NCBI GenBank assembly: GCA_963828465.1
Contig: CAWHEU010000028.1
Location: forward strand, 1-54,592
Source: an uncultured Acidobacteriota bacterium
Lineage (GTDB): Bacteria > Actinomycetota > Acidimicrobiia > Spongiisociales > ZC4RG35
DNA: 54,592 bases
Direction: 5' to 3'
The translations under genes and the position numbers were made by a program. The notes beneath the pieces are model-generated. The model ran no database searches and was not told the origin of the DNA. It worked only from the letters and a program-made list of their open reading frames with translations. Of this stretch, positions 1-10,081 are shown one piece after another. Position 1 is the stretch's first letter, and the number at the start of each line of letters is the position of its first letter.

Positions 1-141
1 GCTTCCCCGGTACTCGATCCCGTCGAAGGTGGCCCGCACCGGGATGCGGCCGCCGGCGCCGAGAGCTTCGACTACATCGGGCGGTATCCGGACGTAGGCC
101 CCGCCGCGTGGCGCCTCCTCGAGGATCGCGGACGAAACCGC
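1..141 (-). CDS. N-terminal part of a DUF1905-like (YdeI/OmpD-associated) protein, running off the window edge; start codon unclear
   Basis: Manual translation of minus strand 141->1: AVSSAILEEAPRGGAYVRIPPDVVEALGAGGRIPVRATFDGIEYRGS, resembling the DUF1905 pattern GGAYV.(I/V)P...G.GR(I/V)PV.ATFDG..YRGS; not in ORF track. Confidence 0.6.
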
Positions 142-2370
142 TCAGGCCCGCTCCAGAGGCGCCCACGCCAGCAAGAGGCGCTTCTTGCCCTGGGTGTCGA
201 ACATGACCTCGGCCTCGGCCAGCTCGCCGGTGCCCACCACCTCGCGAACCGTGCCCAGTCCCCATTTGTCGTGTCGGACCCGGTCGCCGGGACCGATGTT
301 CGCCGCGTCCACCGTGGTACGTGGGCCGCTGGCGGCGGCGCGCTCCGAGGCGCTGCGCCGTTGACGCTTCCCCGCTTTCTCCATGAGCCCATCCGGGACC
401 TCCGTGAGAAATCGAGAGGGCGGGTTGTAGTTGGAGCCACCGAACAGCATCCTGCTCCAGGCCGAGGTGAGGTAGAGGCGGTCCTGAGCGCGGGTGATCC
501 CCACATATGCAAGCCGGCGCTCCTCCTCGAGCTCGCTCGGATCACCGAGGGACCTCATGTGGGGGAACACGCCGTCCTCCATGCCGACGATGAAAACGAC
601 CGGGAACTCGAGGCCTTTGGCCGTATGGAGCGTCATCAGCGTCACCGCTCCCGCGCCTTCCTCCCATTCATCGATGTCGGCGACGAGCGCAGTGGACTCC
701 AGGAACACTTCGAGACGTCGCAGGTTGTCGAGGTCGTCGAACTCCTCGTCGCCGATCACGGCACCCTCGTTCGACGTCTCGAACTCGGAGCCGACCCCGA
801 CGAGCTCGCGGAGGTTCTCCACCCGGCCCATCGCCTCGATGGTCTGCTCCGCCTCCAGGGCGGCCAGCATGCCCGTGTCGGTGAGCACCGACTCGACTCC
901 GGCCTTGACACCTTCTTCCTCGGTCACTTCCCTCAGGTGATCCATGATGGCTACGAACTCGGCGATCGCCGTCTGGGCTCGGGCATTCAGTTGAGGTATG
1001 TCCCGCGCCCGGCGCAGCCCTTCGGCAAACCCGACCTTCTGAGATTGGCTGAACCGGTCGACATGGGCGATCGTCGTATCCCCGATTCCCCGTCGCGGCT
1101 CGTTGATGATCCGCTTCAGTGAGACCTCGTCTGCCGGGTTGACCACCGCTCTCAGGTACGCAATGGCGTCCTTGATCTCCTTGCGGTCATAGAACTTGAC
1201 CGAGCCGACCACGGTGTAGGGCACGGCCCTCCTCACCAGGACGTCCTCGATGACGCGGGACATGGCATTTGTCCGATAGAAGACCGCCATGTCGGAGAGG
1301 TTGAAGCCGTCGCCCTGGAGACGCTCGACCTCGTCGGCGATATAGCCGGCCTCGTCGTGCTCGTCTTCGGCCTCGTATCGCAGTATCGGGCCTCCCCGGC
1401 CCCGGTCCGACCACAGATTCTTGGGAGTCCGCTTGGTGTTGTTGGAGATCACCGAGTTGGCCGCGTCGAGGATCGTCTCGGTCGACCGGTAGTTCTGGTC
1501 GAGGATGACGATGCGGGCGTCCGGATAGTCGACTTCGAAATCCCTGATGTTGCGGATGTCGGCGCCCCGGAATCTGTAGATCGACTGGTCCGAGTCCCCA
1601 ACCACGCAGAGATTCCGATGACTGGCGGTCAATTGCTTGACCAGCATGTATTGAGCGCGGTTGGTGTCCTGGTACTCGTCGACGAGCACGTAGCGGAAGC
1701 GCTCCTGATAGACGGCGAGCACATCCGGGAACGCGCCGAACAACTCCACCGTCACCATGAGGAGATCGTCGAAATCCATCGCCGAGGCCTCGAGGAGCCG
1801 CTGCTGGTAGAGGCGGTAGACGTCCGCCACCTGCTCGTGATAGAACCCGTCGCCCTGGTCGGCGAAGGCCTCGTAGTCGACCAACTCGTTCTTCGCCTTC
1901 GAGATCACAGCCTTCATCGCCCTGGGCGGGAAGCGCTTCGGATCGACATCGAGGTCTTTCAGGACCAGGTTGATCAGCCGGAGCGAATCGGCCTCGTCGT
2001 ATATCGAGAACCCCGACCGGTACCCGAGTCGTGACGCCTCCCGGCGCAAGATGCGCACACAGGCGGAATGAAAGGTGGATACCCACATCGACCTGATGGC
2101 GCCACCGACCAGCGAGCCGACGCGGCCTTTCATCTCATCGGCGGCCTTGTTGGTGAAGGTGATGGCCAGGATGGCATCGGGTGCGACCCTCAGATCGCGG
2201 ATCAAATGAGCGATCCGGTAGGTGAGGACCCGGGTCTTGCCCGACCCCGCCCCGGCGACCACCAGGACGGGGCCTTCGGTGGCGGCTACCGCCTCACGCT
2301 GTGAGGGGTTGAGGTCGGCGAAGAGTGGGGATTCCGCGGGGACATCGTCGAGGAACCACTCTGCTTGCAT
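142..2370 (-). CDS. pcrA: ATP-dependent DNA helicase PcrA/UvrD
   Basis: SF1 motifs VVAGAGSGKTRVLT, TFTNKAA, LVDEYQDTN, QNYRST, TLHTAKGLEFPVVF, EEERRLAYVGITRA; C-terminal Tudor-like GDRVRHDKWGLG. Confidence 0.97.
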   Translation of the reverse strand: MQAEWFLDDVPAESPLFADLNPSQREAVAATEGPVLVVAGAGSGKTRVLTYRIAHLIRDLRVAPDAILAITFTNKAADEMKGRVGSLVGGAIRSMWVSTFHSACVRILRREASRLGYRSGFSIYDEADSLRLINLVLKDLDVDPKRFPPRAMKAVISKAKNELVDYEAFADQGDGFYHEQVADVYRLYQQRLLEASAMDFDDLLMVTVELFGAFPDVLAVYQERFRYVLVDEYQDTNRAQYMLVKQLTASHRNLCVVGDSDQSIYRFRGADIRNIRDFEVDYPDARIVILDQNYRSTETILDAANSVISNNTKRTPKNLWSDRGRGGPILRYEAEDEHDEAGYIADEVERLQGDGFNLSDMAVFYRTNAMSRVIEDVLVRRAVPYTVVGSVKFYDRKEIKDAIAYLRAVVNPADEVSLKRIINEPRRGIGDTTIAHVDRFSQSQKVGFAEGLRRARDIPQLNARAQTAIAEFVAIMDHLREVTEEEGVKAGVESVLTDTGMLAALEAEQTIEAMGRVENLRELVGVGSEFETSNEGAVIGDEEFDDLDNLRRLEVFLESTALVADIDEWEEGAGAVTLMTLHTAKGLEFPVVFIVGMEDGVFPHMRSLGDPSELEEERRLAYVGITRAQDRLYLTSAWSRMLFGGSNYNPPSRFLTEVPDGLMEKAGKRQRRSASERAAASGPRTTVDAANIGPGDRVRHDKWGLGTVREVVGTGELAEAEVMFDTQGKKRLLLAWAPLERA

Positions 2371-2417
2371 CGAGAGACGATGGTACCGGTGGCCGGCGCG
2401 GAATCACACGTGTGTGA

Positions 2418-3326
2418 TCAGTTGGCCAACACCGAGTCGTCGCCCAGCTCCACCGATGCCGTGGCGTCGAGGTCGATGACTTCGGGTGCATCCTCTTCAC
2501 CGAGGACCGCTCGACGGCGGAGAGGAAGGGAGAAGCAGAAGCGGGCGCCCGTGGGGAACCGTCGCTCGTACCACACCTCGCCCCCCATGGCCCGGGCCAG
2601 TCTCCTGGCGATGGGGAGACCGAGCCCGATCCCGGTCGCCTCTCTCGTGTCGCCTTTCGAGACCTGCTCGAAGTTGTCGAACACACGTTGGGTCTCCTCG
2701 TCGGGGACGCCCGGACCGTTGTCGGAGATCACGATTAAGTATTGGTCGCCCAGAACGAAGCCCTCGACCATCACCTGGTCGCCTCCGTATTTTCGGGCGT
2801 TCTCCATGAGGTTGCGGAGGACCTGCTGAACCCTGCGGCGATCTGCCCTGACACGCACTCCATCGGGGAGGGAGACAACGGCGCTCTTCCTCCCGCCGGT
2901 GGGGAACACCATCTTGGATACGTCGGCCAGAAGGTCGCCCAGATCGAACAGCTCGGGGTGGAATCGCAGCCGGTCGGCCTCGAGACGGGGGATCACCAGG
3001 ACGTCCTCGACGAGGTCGCCCAGATACATCGACTGTCGATTGATGATCCCAAGGAACTCATCGACCTCTTCCTCGGGGAGGTCCTTCCACGACTCGACCA
3101 AGGTGTCGGCGAATCCGGCGATCGAGGTCAATGGGGTGCGGAGCTCGTGGCTCACCATCGCAACGAACTCGTCTTTGATCCGATGGGCTTCCTCGGAGAG
3201 ACGCACGACCTCTCGCTCGCGCTGGCGCCCTTGTCTCGTGATCGTGATCGCCCAGATCACCCCGACGACCCCCACCAGGGCCAGGGCGATGGACCACCAA
3301 CTCAGGGCATCAGGCAATTGGGGCAC
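2418..3326 (-). CDS. Membrane-anchored sensor histidine kinase (single TM + HisKA + HATPase)
   Basis: One N-terminal hydrophobic helix; H-box SHELRTPLTSI; N-box NLMENARKY; DNGPG and GIGLGL G-boxes. Confidence 0.92.
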   Translation of the reverse strand: MPQLPDALSWWSIALALVGVVGVIWAITITRQGRQREREVVRLSEEAHRIKDEFVAMVSHELRTPLTSIAGFADTLVESWKDLPEEEVDEFLGIINRQSMYLGDLVEDVLVIPRLEADRLRFHPELFDLGDLLADVSKMVFPTGGRKSAVVSLPDGVRVRADRRRVQQVLRNLMENARKYGGDQVMVEGFVLGDQYLIVISDNGPGVPDEETQRVFDNFEQVSKGDTREATGIGLGLPIARRLARAMGGEVWYERRFPTGARFCFSLPLRRRAVLGEEDAPEVIDLDATASVELGDDSVLAN

Positions 3327-3382
3327 GTGACGTCTCTCTGTTTTGACTTAGAAGCTAACGCGAACGGGCTTCGAGGATGACC

Positions 3383-5413
3383 TCAACCGGCATCGACTCC
3401 CTCCTCGGAGCCGATCATCCGGCGCAGAGTGGCAGTGAGCACTCCCTGGCGAAGATCGAACTTGTCCAGATAGGCATCGACCCCCGCCTCCCAAGCCGCT
3501 TGCTTCTCCTCTTGGGTGGCGACGCCAGACACCATCAGGATCGGGACGTTCACGTCCGAGGCGCGCATCGCCCTAACGAGCTCTACGCCGTTGGACCGTG
3601 GCATCGAGAAATCGATCACCATCGCCTCGAACTCGTCGTTGGCCATGGCCATCAACGCCTCGCGGGCTCCGGCGGCCACCTCGACGTCGAAACCGGCACC
3701 GTTCAAGGTCGCCGAGAGGAGCTGGCGCACACCGGCCGAATCGTCGACCACCAGGATTCGGGGGCGATGTCCGACCAGGCCCGGCCGCCGCTTGGCGAGA
3801 TACCCGAGGAAGTTCGGGTCCAGCACCACCAGCACCTGGCCGCCGCCGAGGAGGGCGGCACCGGTGACGTGACCGGGGCCTTCGAGGATCGGCCCCAGGT
3901 TCTTGACGGCGACGCGACGGCGATCGATCAACTCGCTCACGGTGATGGCAACAAGGCCGAACCGAGTGTTGATGACAAGTAGCTCGGACTCATCGCCCGA
4001 TCCGGAGACGCCCATTGCCTTGGACAATGAGACACAGGGGACCTCACGGCTATGGAACCTGACCTCGCGACCGCTGTCGGTGGCATTGATCTCGGCAGTG
4101 GAGAGTGGCATGGCCGCCTCGATCGAGGCCTCGGGCAGACCCCAGAACTGGTCTCCCGTGGCGACCACTACCACGTTCTGGAGGACCATCGAGAGCGGGA
4201 GAGTCATCGTGACCCTCGTCCCCATGCCCACCGGGCTCTCGACATGGACGACTCCGTTCACCTTCTCCACGATGTCACGCACTGCGGCCAGGCCGTCACC
4301 GGCGCCGGAGAAGTCGGTCACCTCATCTGTGGTGGTGAACCCCGGCTGGAACAGGATCGGGCTCAGGTCGGAGAAGACGAACGGGATGCTGTGCTCGGTG
4401 GCGACGTCGGCCACCCGATCCCAGTCGATGCCGGTGCCGTCGTCGGACACCGATACTTCGACTCTCTCGTCGATGATCTCCGCCCCGACGCGAACCGTCC
4501 CGGTGGGTTTCTTCCCACCTGCCACCCGGGCCGCCGTGGGCTCGATCCCGTGGTCGACTGCATTGACCAGGAGATGACGGAGCGGCTCCCTGAGAAGGTC
4601 GACGATCTGGCGGTCGAGCTGGACATCGTCACCGATCAGCTCGAATCGCACATCCTTGCCCATCCGTCTTCCCAGGTAGCGGACGAACTGGGGGAAGGTT
4701 GCAGTGGCGTCCCGGAAAGGGATGTTGGCGAGGGCAACCGCCTGATCCTGGATCTCGGCAACGGACGAGGCCAATCTCTCCAGTTGCTGACGCCAGGACT
4801 TACGGAAGAGGGCGGGGTCGGAGCCCTCGATCGACAACAGCGAGAGATCAGCCAGGGCTTCGGAGTCGAGCGAGACCTCGACGATCCGGTTGATCATGCG
4901 ATATAGCTCCCCGGTGTCGACGCGCGTCGACCCTCCGAGCAGCGAGTCCGAAACCGAGGTGAGGAGCCCGCCGAGGCTTCCCGGCTCGGGCCGTCTCAAA
5001 GGAATCACCTCGGCCGGAGGAGACCACAGCGTCCCCTCGGTCGGCTCTTCTGCCCGCTCTCCCGGGATCAACTTGTCGGCGATCACAGCCAGCTCTATGT
5101 CGTCGGTGTCGAGCGAGGGCAGGAGCCGTCCAGCACTGGCTTCCATCGCCACCACGACGTCATCCGGCGGGCGGTAGCCCTCTCCGATCTGCTTCCACAA
5201 ATGCTCGAGCCGGGAGGCAACTTCCTTGATCTCGTCATAGCCGAGGAGACCGGCGGAGCCCTTGATGGTGTGGGCGTCCCGAATCAGATCCTGGATCCGC
5301 CCATCCTCGAGCTCGTCGTGACGGAGGGCGATCGCGCCCGCGACCAAGCGGCCGGAACGCTCTTCCAGCTCATCGCGGAATATCCGCGTCAGTTCGGGGG
5401 TGTTGAAGTCCAA
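3383..5413 (-). CDS. CheA-like hybrid kinase (Hpt - dimerisation - HATPase - CheW - REC)
   Basis: Hpt RDAHTIKGSAG; PLRHLLVNAVDHGIE; DDGTGID; FQPGFTT; CheW-like ...VTGAALLGGGQVLVVLD; receiver ILVVDDS...IDFSMP...YLDK. Confidence 0.9.
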   Translation of the reverse strand: MDFNTPELTRIFRDELEERSGRLVAGAIALRHDELEDGRIQDLIRDAHTIKGSAGLLGYDEIKEVASRLEHLWKQIGEGYRPPDDVVVAMEASAGRLLPSLDTDDIELAVIADKLIPGERAEEPTEGTLWSPPAEVIPLRRPEPGSLGGLLTSVSDSLLGGSTRVDTGELYRMINRIVEVSLDSEALADLSLLSIEGSDPALFRKSWRQQLERLASSVAEIQDQAVALANIPFRDATATFPQFVRYLGRRMGKDVRFELIGDDVQLDRQIVDLLREPLRHLLVNAVDHGIEPTAARVAGGKKPTGTVRVGAEIIDERVEVSVSDDGTGIDWDRVADVATEHSIPFVFSDLSPILFQPGFTTTDEVTDFSGAGDGLAAVRDIVEKVNGVVHVESPVGMGTRVTMTLPLSMVLQNVVVVATGDQFWGLPEASIEAAMPLSTAEINATDSGREVRFHSREVPCVSLSKAMGVSGSGDESELLVINTRFGLVAITVSELIDRRRVAVKNLGPILEGPGHVTGAALLGGGQVLVVLDPNFLGYLAKRRPGLVGHRPRILVVDDSAGVRQLLSATLNGAGFDVEVAAGAREALMAMANDEFEAMVIDFSMPRSNGVELVRAMRASDVNVPILMVSGVATQEEKQAAWEAGVDAYLDKFDLRQGVLTATLRRMIGSEEGVDAG

Positions 5414-5509
5414 TTTGGATCGGTCCGTGGCCTGACCAGGTCTTATCGGCAGCGGAGCCTAAGCCCTGAATGGGCCTGGTTTTTAGGGCTCCAGCGCCGC
5501 CCGGATTCC

Positions 5510-7086
5510 CTATTCCCACTCGATGGTGGCGGGAGGCTTGCTCGAGATGTCGTAGGCGACGCGGTTGATACCGGGAACCTCGTTGATCACCCGGCTGGAG
5601 ATGCGCTCCAGGACCTCGTAGGGCAGACGGGCCCAATCCGCTGTCATCGCGTCCTCCGAGGTCACAGCCCGCACCACCAGCGGATATGCGTAGGTGCGCA
5701 GATCGCCCTGGACGCCGACCGTCCGCACCGAGGGAAGCACTGCGAACGCCTGCCAGATCTCGCGATAGAGACCCGCCCGCCTTATCTCCTCGGTCACGAT
5801 CAGATCCGCCGCCCGCAACAAGTCGAGACGCTCCCGGTTCACCTCGCCGATGATCCGCACTGCAAGTCCGGGACCGGGGAAAGGCTGACGCCACACCATC
5901 TCCTCGGGCAGACCCAATTCCTCGCCGATCGCCCTCACCTCGTCCTTGAAGAGGTCCCGCAACGGCTCGACCAGCTCGAATGTCATGTCGGCGGGCAAGC
6001 CACCAACGTTGTGATGGGTCTTGATCGTCGCCGCCTGGCCGATCCGGACTCGATGACGTCCGGGTAGAGGGTGCCTTGCACCAGATATCGGGCGTCGCCC
6101 ACCGATCCAACCGCCTCCTCGAAGACACGGATGAACGTCTCACCGATGATCTTGCGCTTCTGTTCTGGATCGGTCACACCGGTCAGCAACTCGAGGAAGC
6201 GATCCTCCGCCTTGATGTGGATGAGATCGACATCGAAATGAGAGCGGAACGTCTCTTCGACCTGCTCGGCCTCACCGGCCCGGAGGAGGCCGTGGTCGAC
6301 GAAGACACAGGTCAGCCGGTCCCCGATCGCCTCATGGACCAGAGCCGCGGCAACAGCCGAATCGACGCCGCCGGACAGGCCACAAATCACGCGTCCGTCT
6401 CCAACCTGGGCCTTGATCGCCTCCACCTGAGACTCGATGATCGAATGAGAGGTCCATCTCGGAGAGGCGCCGCAAACGTCGTAGAGGAACCGCCGGAGGA
6501 TCTCATCCCCCCGTGGCGTGTGCACCACTTCGGGGTGGAACTGGACACCGAAGAGACCACGGTCGCGATCCTCCATCGCTGCCACCCGCGCCCCATCGGA
6601 GGTGGCGACGGTGACGAACCCGTTCGGGGCCTCGGTGACCTGGTCCTGATGGGACATCCAGACCTGTTGCTCCTTGGGCAGATCCCTGAGCAGGACCGAG
6701 TCGCCGGTCACTACGAGATCGGTGTTGCCGTACTCGGCGCTTCCCGTGTTGGCGACCGTGCCCCCGGCCAGGTCGGCGATCAGCTGGTGGCCGTAACAGA
6801 TGCCGAGGACGGGGATGCCCATCTCCAATATGGCGGGGTCCATGCGGTAGGCGCCCTCGGCGTACACCGAGGCCGGGCCGCCGGAGAGGATGAGGCCTAC
6901 CGGGTTGTGGGCTCTGATCTCCTCGGGGCCGATGTCACGGGAAACGATCTCAGATCGGACATGTCCCTCGCGCACCCGTCGGGCGATCAGTTGTGCGTAC
7001 TGGGCCCCGAAGTCGAGAACGAGAACCGAAGGTTCTCGTTCTGAGTGGTGGGTATTGGGTTCTGGGTTTTGGGATTCGGAACTCAG
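5510..7086 (-). CDS. guaA: GMP synthase (glutamine-hydrolysing), split by a 1-nt frameshift near 6040 (probably an assembly indel); start uncertain
   Basis: [52 protein letters not shown], then after frame change [14 protein letters not shown]...KPPATIEWE; nearest in-frame start-like codon upstream is CTG at 7086. Confidence 0.93.
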
Positions 7087-7136
7087 AACTCACCACCCAC
7101 AACCCAAGACGGGGATGGGGTTTTCATCCCATCCCC
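7016..7136. repeat. Three adjacent inverted repeats including a heptamer-period palindrome in the GuaB3-gene/guaA junction
   Basis: Perfect 12-bp stem AGAACGAGAACC-gaa-GGTTCTCGTTCT (7016-7042); heptamers CTGAGTG GTGGGTA TTGGGTT CTGGGTT TTGGGAT / AACTCAG AACTCAC CACCCAC AACCCAA (7041-7107); 9-bp stem GGGGATGGG...CCCATCCCC (7111-7136). Confidence 0.8.
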
Positions 7137-8281
7137 ACCTGCTGGTTGCGCTGAAGCGACTTCCCTTCGGTCTGGAGTGAGGGAGCGATCATCACTTCGG
7201 CCTTCTGAAACTCCTTGACGTCGGAGAAGCCAGTGGTGGCCATCGATACCTGAAGCGCTCCAAACAGATTGAGCTTGCCGTCGTTCTCATGGGCGGGGCC
7301 GACGAGTATCTCCTCGAGCGTTCCCCGATTGCCGACTTCGACGCGTGCACCTCGAGGCAGAGTCGGATGGAAAGTGGCCATACCCCAGTGGAACCCGCGA
7401 CCCGGGGCCTCACTTGCCGAAGCGAGCGGGGAGCCAATCATCACGGCGTCGGCGCCGCAGGCAATAGCCTTGGCAACGTCTCCACCGGTCCTCATCCCCC
7501 CATCGGCGATCACGTGGACATATCGACCGGTCTCGTCCAAATACCTGATTCGGGCCCCGGCCGCATCGGCGATAGCGGTCGCCTGCGGCACGCCCACACC
7601 AAGGACCCCCCTGGTGGTGCATGCTGCGCCCGGTCCCACACCGACCAGGATGCCGACTGCGCCCGTGCGCATCAGATGCAACGCTGTCGAGTAGCTGGCG
7701 CAGCCGCCGACTATGACCGGAACCTCACAGCTCGCTATGTATTGCTTGAGATCGAGCGGCTCCTCCCGACTCGAGACATGCTCCGCGGACACGACGGTTC
7801 CCTGGATCACCAGGACGTCGAGCCCGGCATCCAATGCGTGCGAAGCCCAGCCGGTCACCCGTTGCGGGGTGAGACTGGCAGCAGTCACCACTCCCGCCGA
7901 CTTGATCTCTGACACCCTCTGTGCGATGAGCTCGGGCTTGACCGGCTCCAGGTAGATCTCCTGCATGCGGAGTGTCGCTTTGTCGGCCGGCAATTCGGCG
8001 ATCTCCTCGAAATAGGGCTCGGGGTCCTCGTAGCGTGTCCAGAGGCCCTCCAGGTTGAGCACGGCCAAGCCTCCGAACCGGCCGATCTGCGTTGCCGTCG
8101 ATGGGCTGATGGCCGAATCCATGGCTGATCCCATCATCGGGAGAGCGAACTTGAAGGCGTCGAGTTGCCAGGAGATATCGACGTCGTCGGGGTCCCGGGT
8201 TCGTCTCGACGGGACGATCGCTATGTCGTCGAAGCCGTATCCCTGACGACCGGACTTCCCGATCCCAATGTCGATTTCCAC
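7124..8281 (-). CDS. IMP dehydrogenase-related protein, GuaB3 family
   Basis: [62 protein letters not shown]; adjacent to guaA; GTG at 8281 with GGAGG upstream chosen as start. Confidence 0.9.
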   Translation of the reverse strand: MEIDIGIGKSGRQGYGFDDIAIVPSRRTRDPDDVDISWQLDAFKFALPMMGSAMDSAISPSTATQIGRFGGLAVLNLEGLWTRYEDPEPYFEEIAELPADKATLRMQEIYLEPVKPELIAQRVSEIKSAGVVTAASLTPQRVTGWASHALDAGLDVLVIQGTVVSAEHVSSREEPLDLKQYIASCEVPVIVGGCASYSTALHLMRTGAVGILVGVGPGAACTTRGVLGVGVPQATAIADAAGARIRYLDETGRYVHVIADGGMRTGGDVAKAIACGADAVMIGSPLASASEAPGRGFHWGMATFHPTLPRGARVEVGNRGTLEEILVGPAHENDGKLNLFGALQVSMATTGFSDVKEFQKAEVMIAPSLQTEGKSLQRNQQVGMG

Positions 8282-8356
8282 TCCGACAGACCTCCAAACA
8301 GCGCTCAGGCCAGCGTAACAGTGGTAACCAGCGGCCACTCATTAGGCTCCCGGCAC

Positions 8357-9055
8357 GTGCCCAGGCCCTGGTCGCTCATCGACTTCTTCCTCGTCATCCT
8401 GGGCGGAGTTGTTGGCGTCCTGGTGCTCCTTCCCGTAGACGCATTGCTCGGCGGAGGAGATCTCAGCCTGGTACTGGCCCTCACGGGGCAGTACATCGGC
8501 AATCTTCTCGTGCTCTGGCTCCTCGCCCGAAAACGCGAGGAGCTTGGATTCGCCGTAGTCGGATCCGATACCTTCTATTTGGGCCTTGGCCTCCTCCTCC
8601 AAATAGCCTTGTCCGTCCTCTTCCTCCCCCTCACATCCCTGCTCTTCCCCGATGGCGGGTCGGCGCAGGAGGTGACCAACGCGATCAACGATTTGGAGAG
8701 CACCCCTGCACTGTTGGCGGCGGTTCTAACCGCCGTCGTCGTGGCGCCGATCACCGAGGAGCTCACGTTTCGCGGGGTGCTGCTCAAGACACTTCAAAAT
8801 CGGGGCCGGCGCACGATCATGATCGTCACGTCGCTGATGTTTGCTGCCTTCCACATGTTGGGACTGCCACCCGATCAGTTTCTCGAGGCGGCAGCGGTGG
8901 TGGTGCCGACGATTTTCTTGGTGGGGCTGGTCCTGGCCTGGATCACTCTTCGGACCGGGCGTCTCGGGCCGGCGATATTCATCCACTCCGGCTACAACCT
9001 CCTGGCCGCGCTGGTGCTACTACTCCCCCCGGAGCTTCTCGAGCCGATCAGCTAG
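8357..9055 (+). CDS. CPBP family (CAAX protease/Abi) intramembrane glutamic endopeptidase
   Basis: Multiple TM helices; APITEELTFRG, FAAFH, HSGYN motifs; start approximate. Confidence 0.88.
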   Translation: MPRPWSLIDFFLVILGGVVGVLVLLPVDALLGGGDLSLVLALTGQYIGNLLVLWLLARKREELGFAVVGSDTFYLGLGLLLQIALSVLFLPLTSLLFPDGGSAQEVTNAINDLESTPALLAAVLTAVVVAPITEELTFRGVLLKTLQNRGRRTIMIVTSLMFAAFHMLGLPPDQFLEAAAVVVPTIFLVGLVLAWITLRTGRLGPAIFIHSGYNLLAALVLLLPPELLEPIS

Positions 9056-10029
9056 ACGATCCCGACCTTTTCCCGAACGGTCTTCATCGCCGTCTCGGCA
9101 CGGTCGCGGGCGGTGGTCGCTCCCCGGGCCATCACCTCGGCCACCTCCGCGTCGTCGAGTCCCTCGTAGGCCTCACGGATCGGGGCCAGCCCGTCGGCAA
9201 TCGCCTCGGCAGCGGCCGCCTTGAAGACCCCGTACCCGGAATCGGCATACTCGGAGACCAACTCGGGGATCGGACGATCGGCGAGCACGCTGAACAACTC
9301 GAGCAGATTGGAGATGCCTGGCTTGGTCACCCAGTCGTAGTCGATGCCGGTGCCTGCGTCAGTCACGGCGGCCTTGACCTTCTTCGCGATTTGGTCGGGC
9401 GAGTCCTTGATGAGGATGCGAGAGCGATCGCTGGGGTCCGATTTCGACATCTTCGACGTGGGATCGGTGAGCGACATGATGCGGGCTCCGATCTTCGGGG
9501 TGATCGTCTCGGGAAGCGGGAACTCATCGCCGAACCGGGTGTTGAAGCGCTGGGCAAGGTCCCTCGTCAGCTCGAGATGCTGGGCCTGATCTTCGCCGAC
9601 GGGGACCGCGTGCGCCTTGTGAACCAGGATGTCGGCCGCCTGCAGGACCGGATAGGCGAAGATCCCGAGGTTCTGCCGGGCCCGATCGGATTTCTCCTTG
9701 AACTGGGTCATTCGCTCCAGTTGCCCGAGGCCGGCCAGGGTGCCGAGGATCCAGGACAGCTCGACATGCTGGGGAACCTCGGACTGGTAGTAGAGAAGGG
9801 AACGCTCCGGGTCGACACCTACCGCCAACAGCATCCTGGCCGACTCGTGCCGTCCCACCCTCAGGTCAGACGCCTGATAGGGGACGGTCATCGCGTGGAG
9901 GTCGACGACGCAGTAGATCGTCTCGTAGTCCTCCTGGAGGGCGACCCAGTTCCTCAGAGCCCCCACGAAGCTCCCCACGTGGAAGTCGCCGGTGGGCTGG
10001 ATGCCCGAGAACACACGTTTCCGATCCAT
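9052..10029 (-). CDS. trpS: Tryptophan--tRNA ligase
   Basis: FSGIQPTG, HVGS (HIGH-like), YPVLQAADIL, VPVGEDQ.QHLELTR, KMSKS. Confidence 0.97.
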   Translation of the reverse strand: MDRKRVFSGIQPTGDFHVGSFVGALRNWVALQEDYETIYCVVDLHAMTVPYQASDLRVGRHESARMLLAVGVDPERSLLYYQSEVPQHVELSWILGTLAGLGQLERMTQFKEKSDRARQNLGIFAYPVLQAADILVHKAHAVPVGEDQAQHLELTRDLAQRFNTRFGDEFPLPETITPKIGARIMSLTDPTSKMSKSDPSDRSRILIKDSPDQIAKKVKAAVTDAGTGIDYDWVTKPGISNLLELFSVLADRPIPELVSEYADSGYGVFKAAAAEAIADGLAPIREAYEGLDDAEVAEVMARGATTARDRAETAMKTVREKVGIV

Positions 10030-10081
10030 GTTTCGATTGTCGCCCCTCTGTTGGCTGTTCGCAACGCGGCCGGCGGCGGAT

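Noticed and set aside
142-144. Selenocysteine readthrough of the pcrA UGA
   Set aside because: PcrA ends at its normal C-terminus and the position is not a redox Cys site; an indel or alternative start is simpler
5451-5491. Imperfect hairpin between guaA and cheA as intrinsic terminator
   Set aside because: Bulged stem and no U-tract on the coding strand; too weak to call
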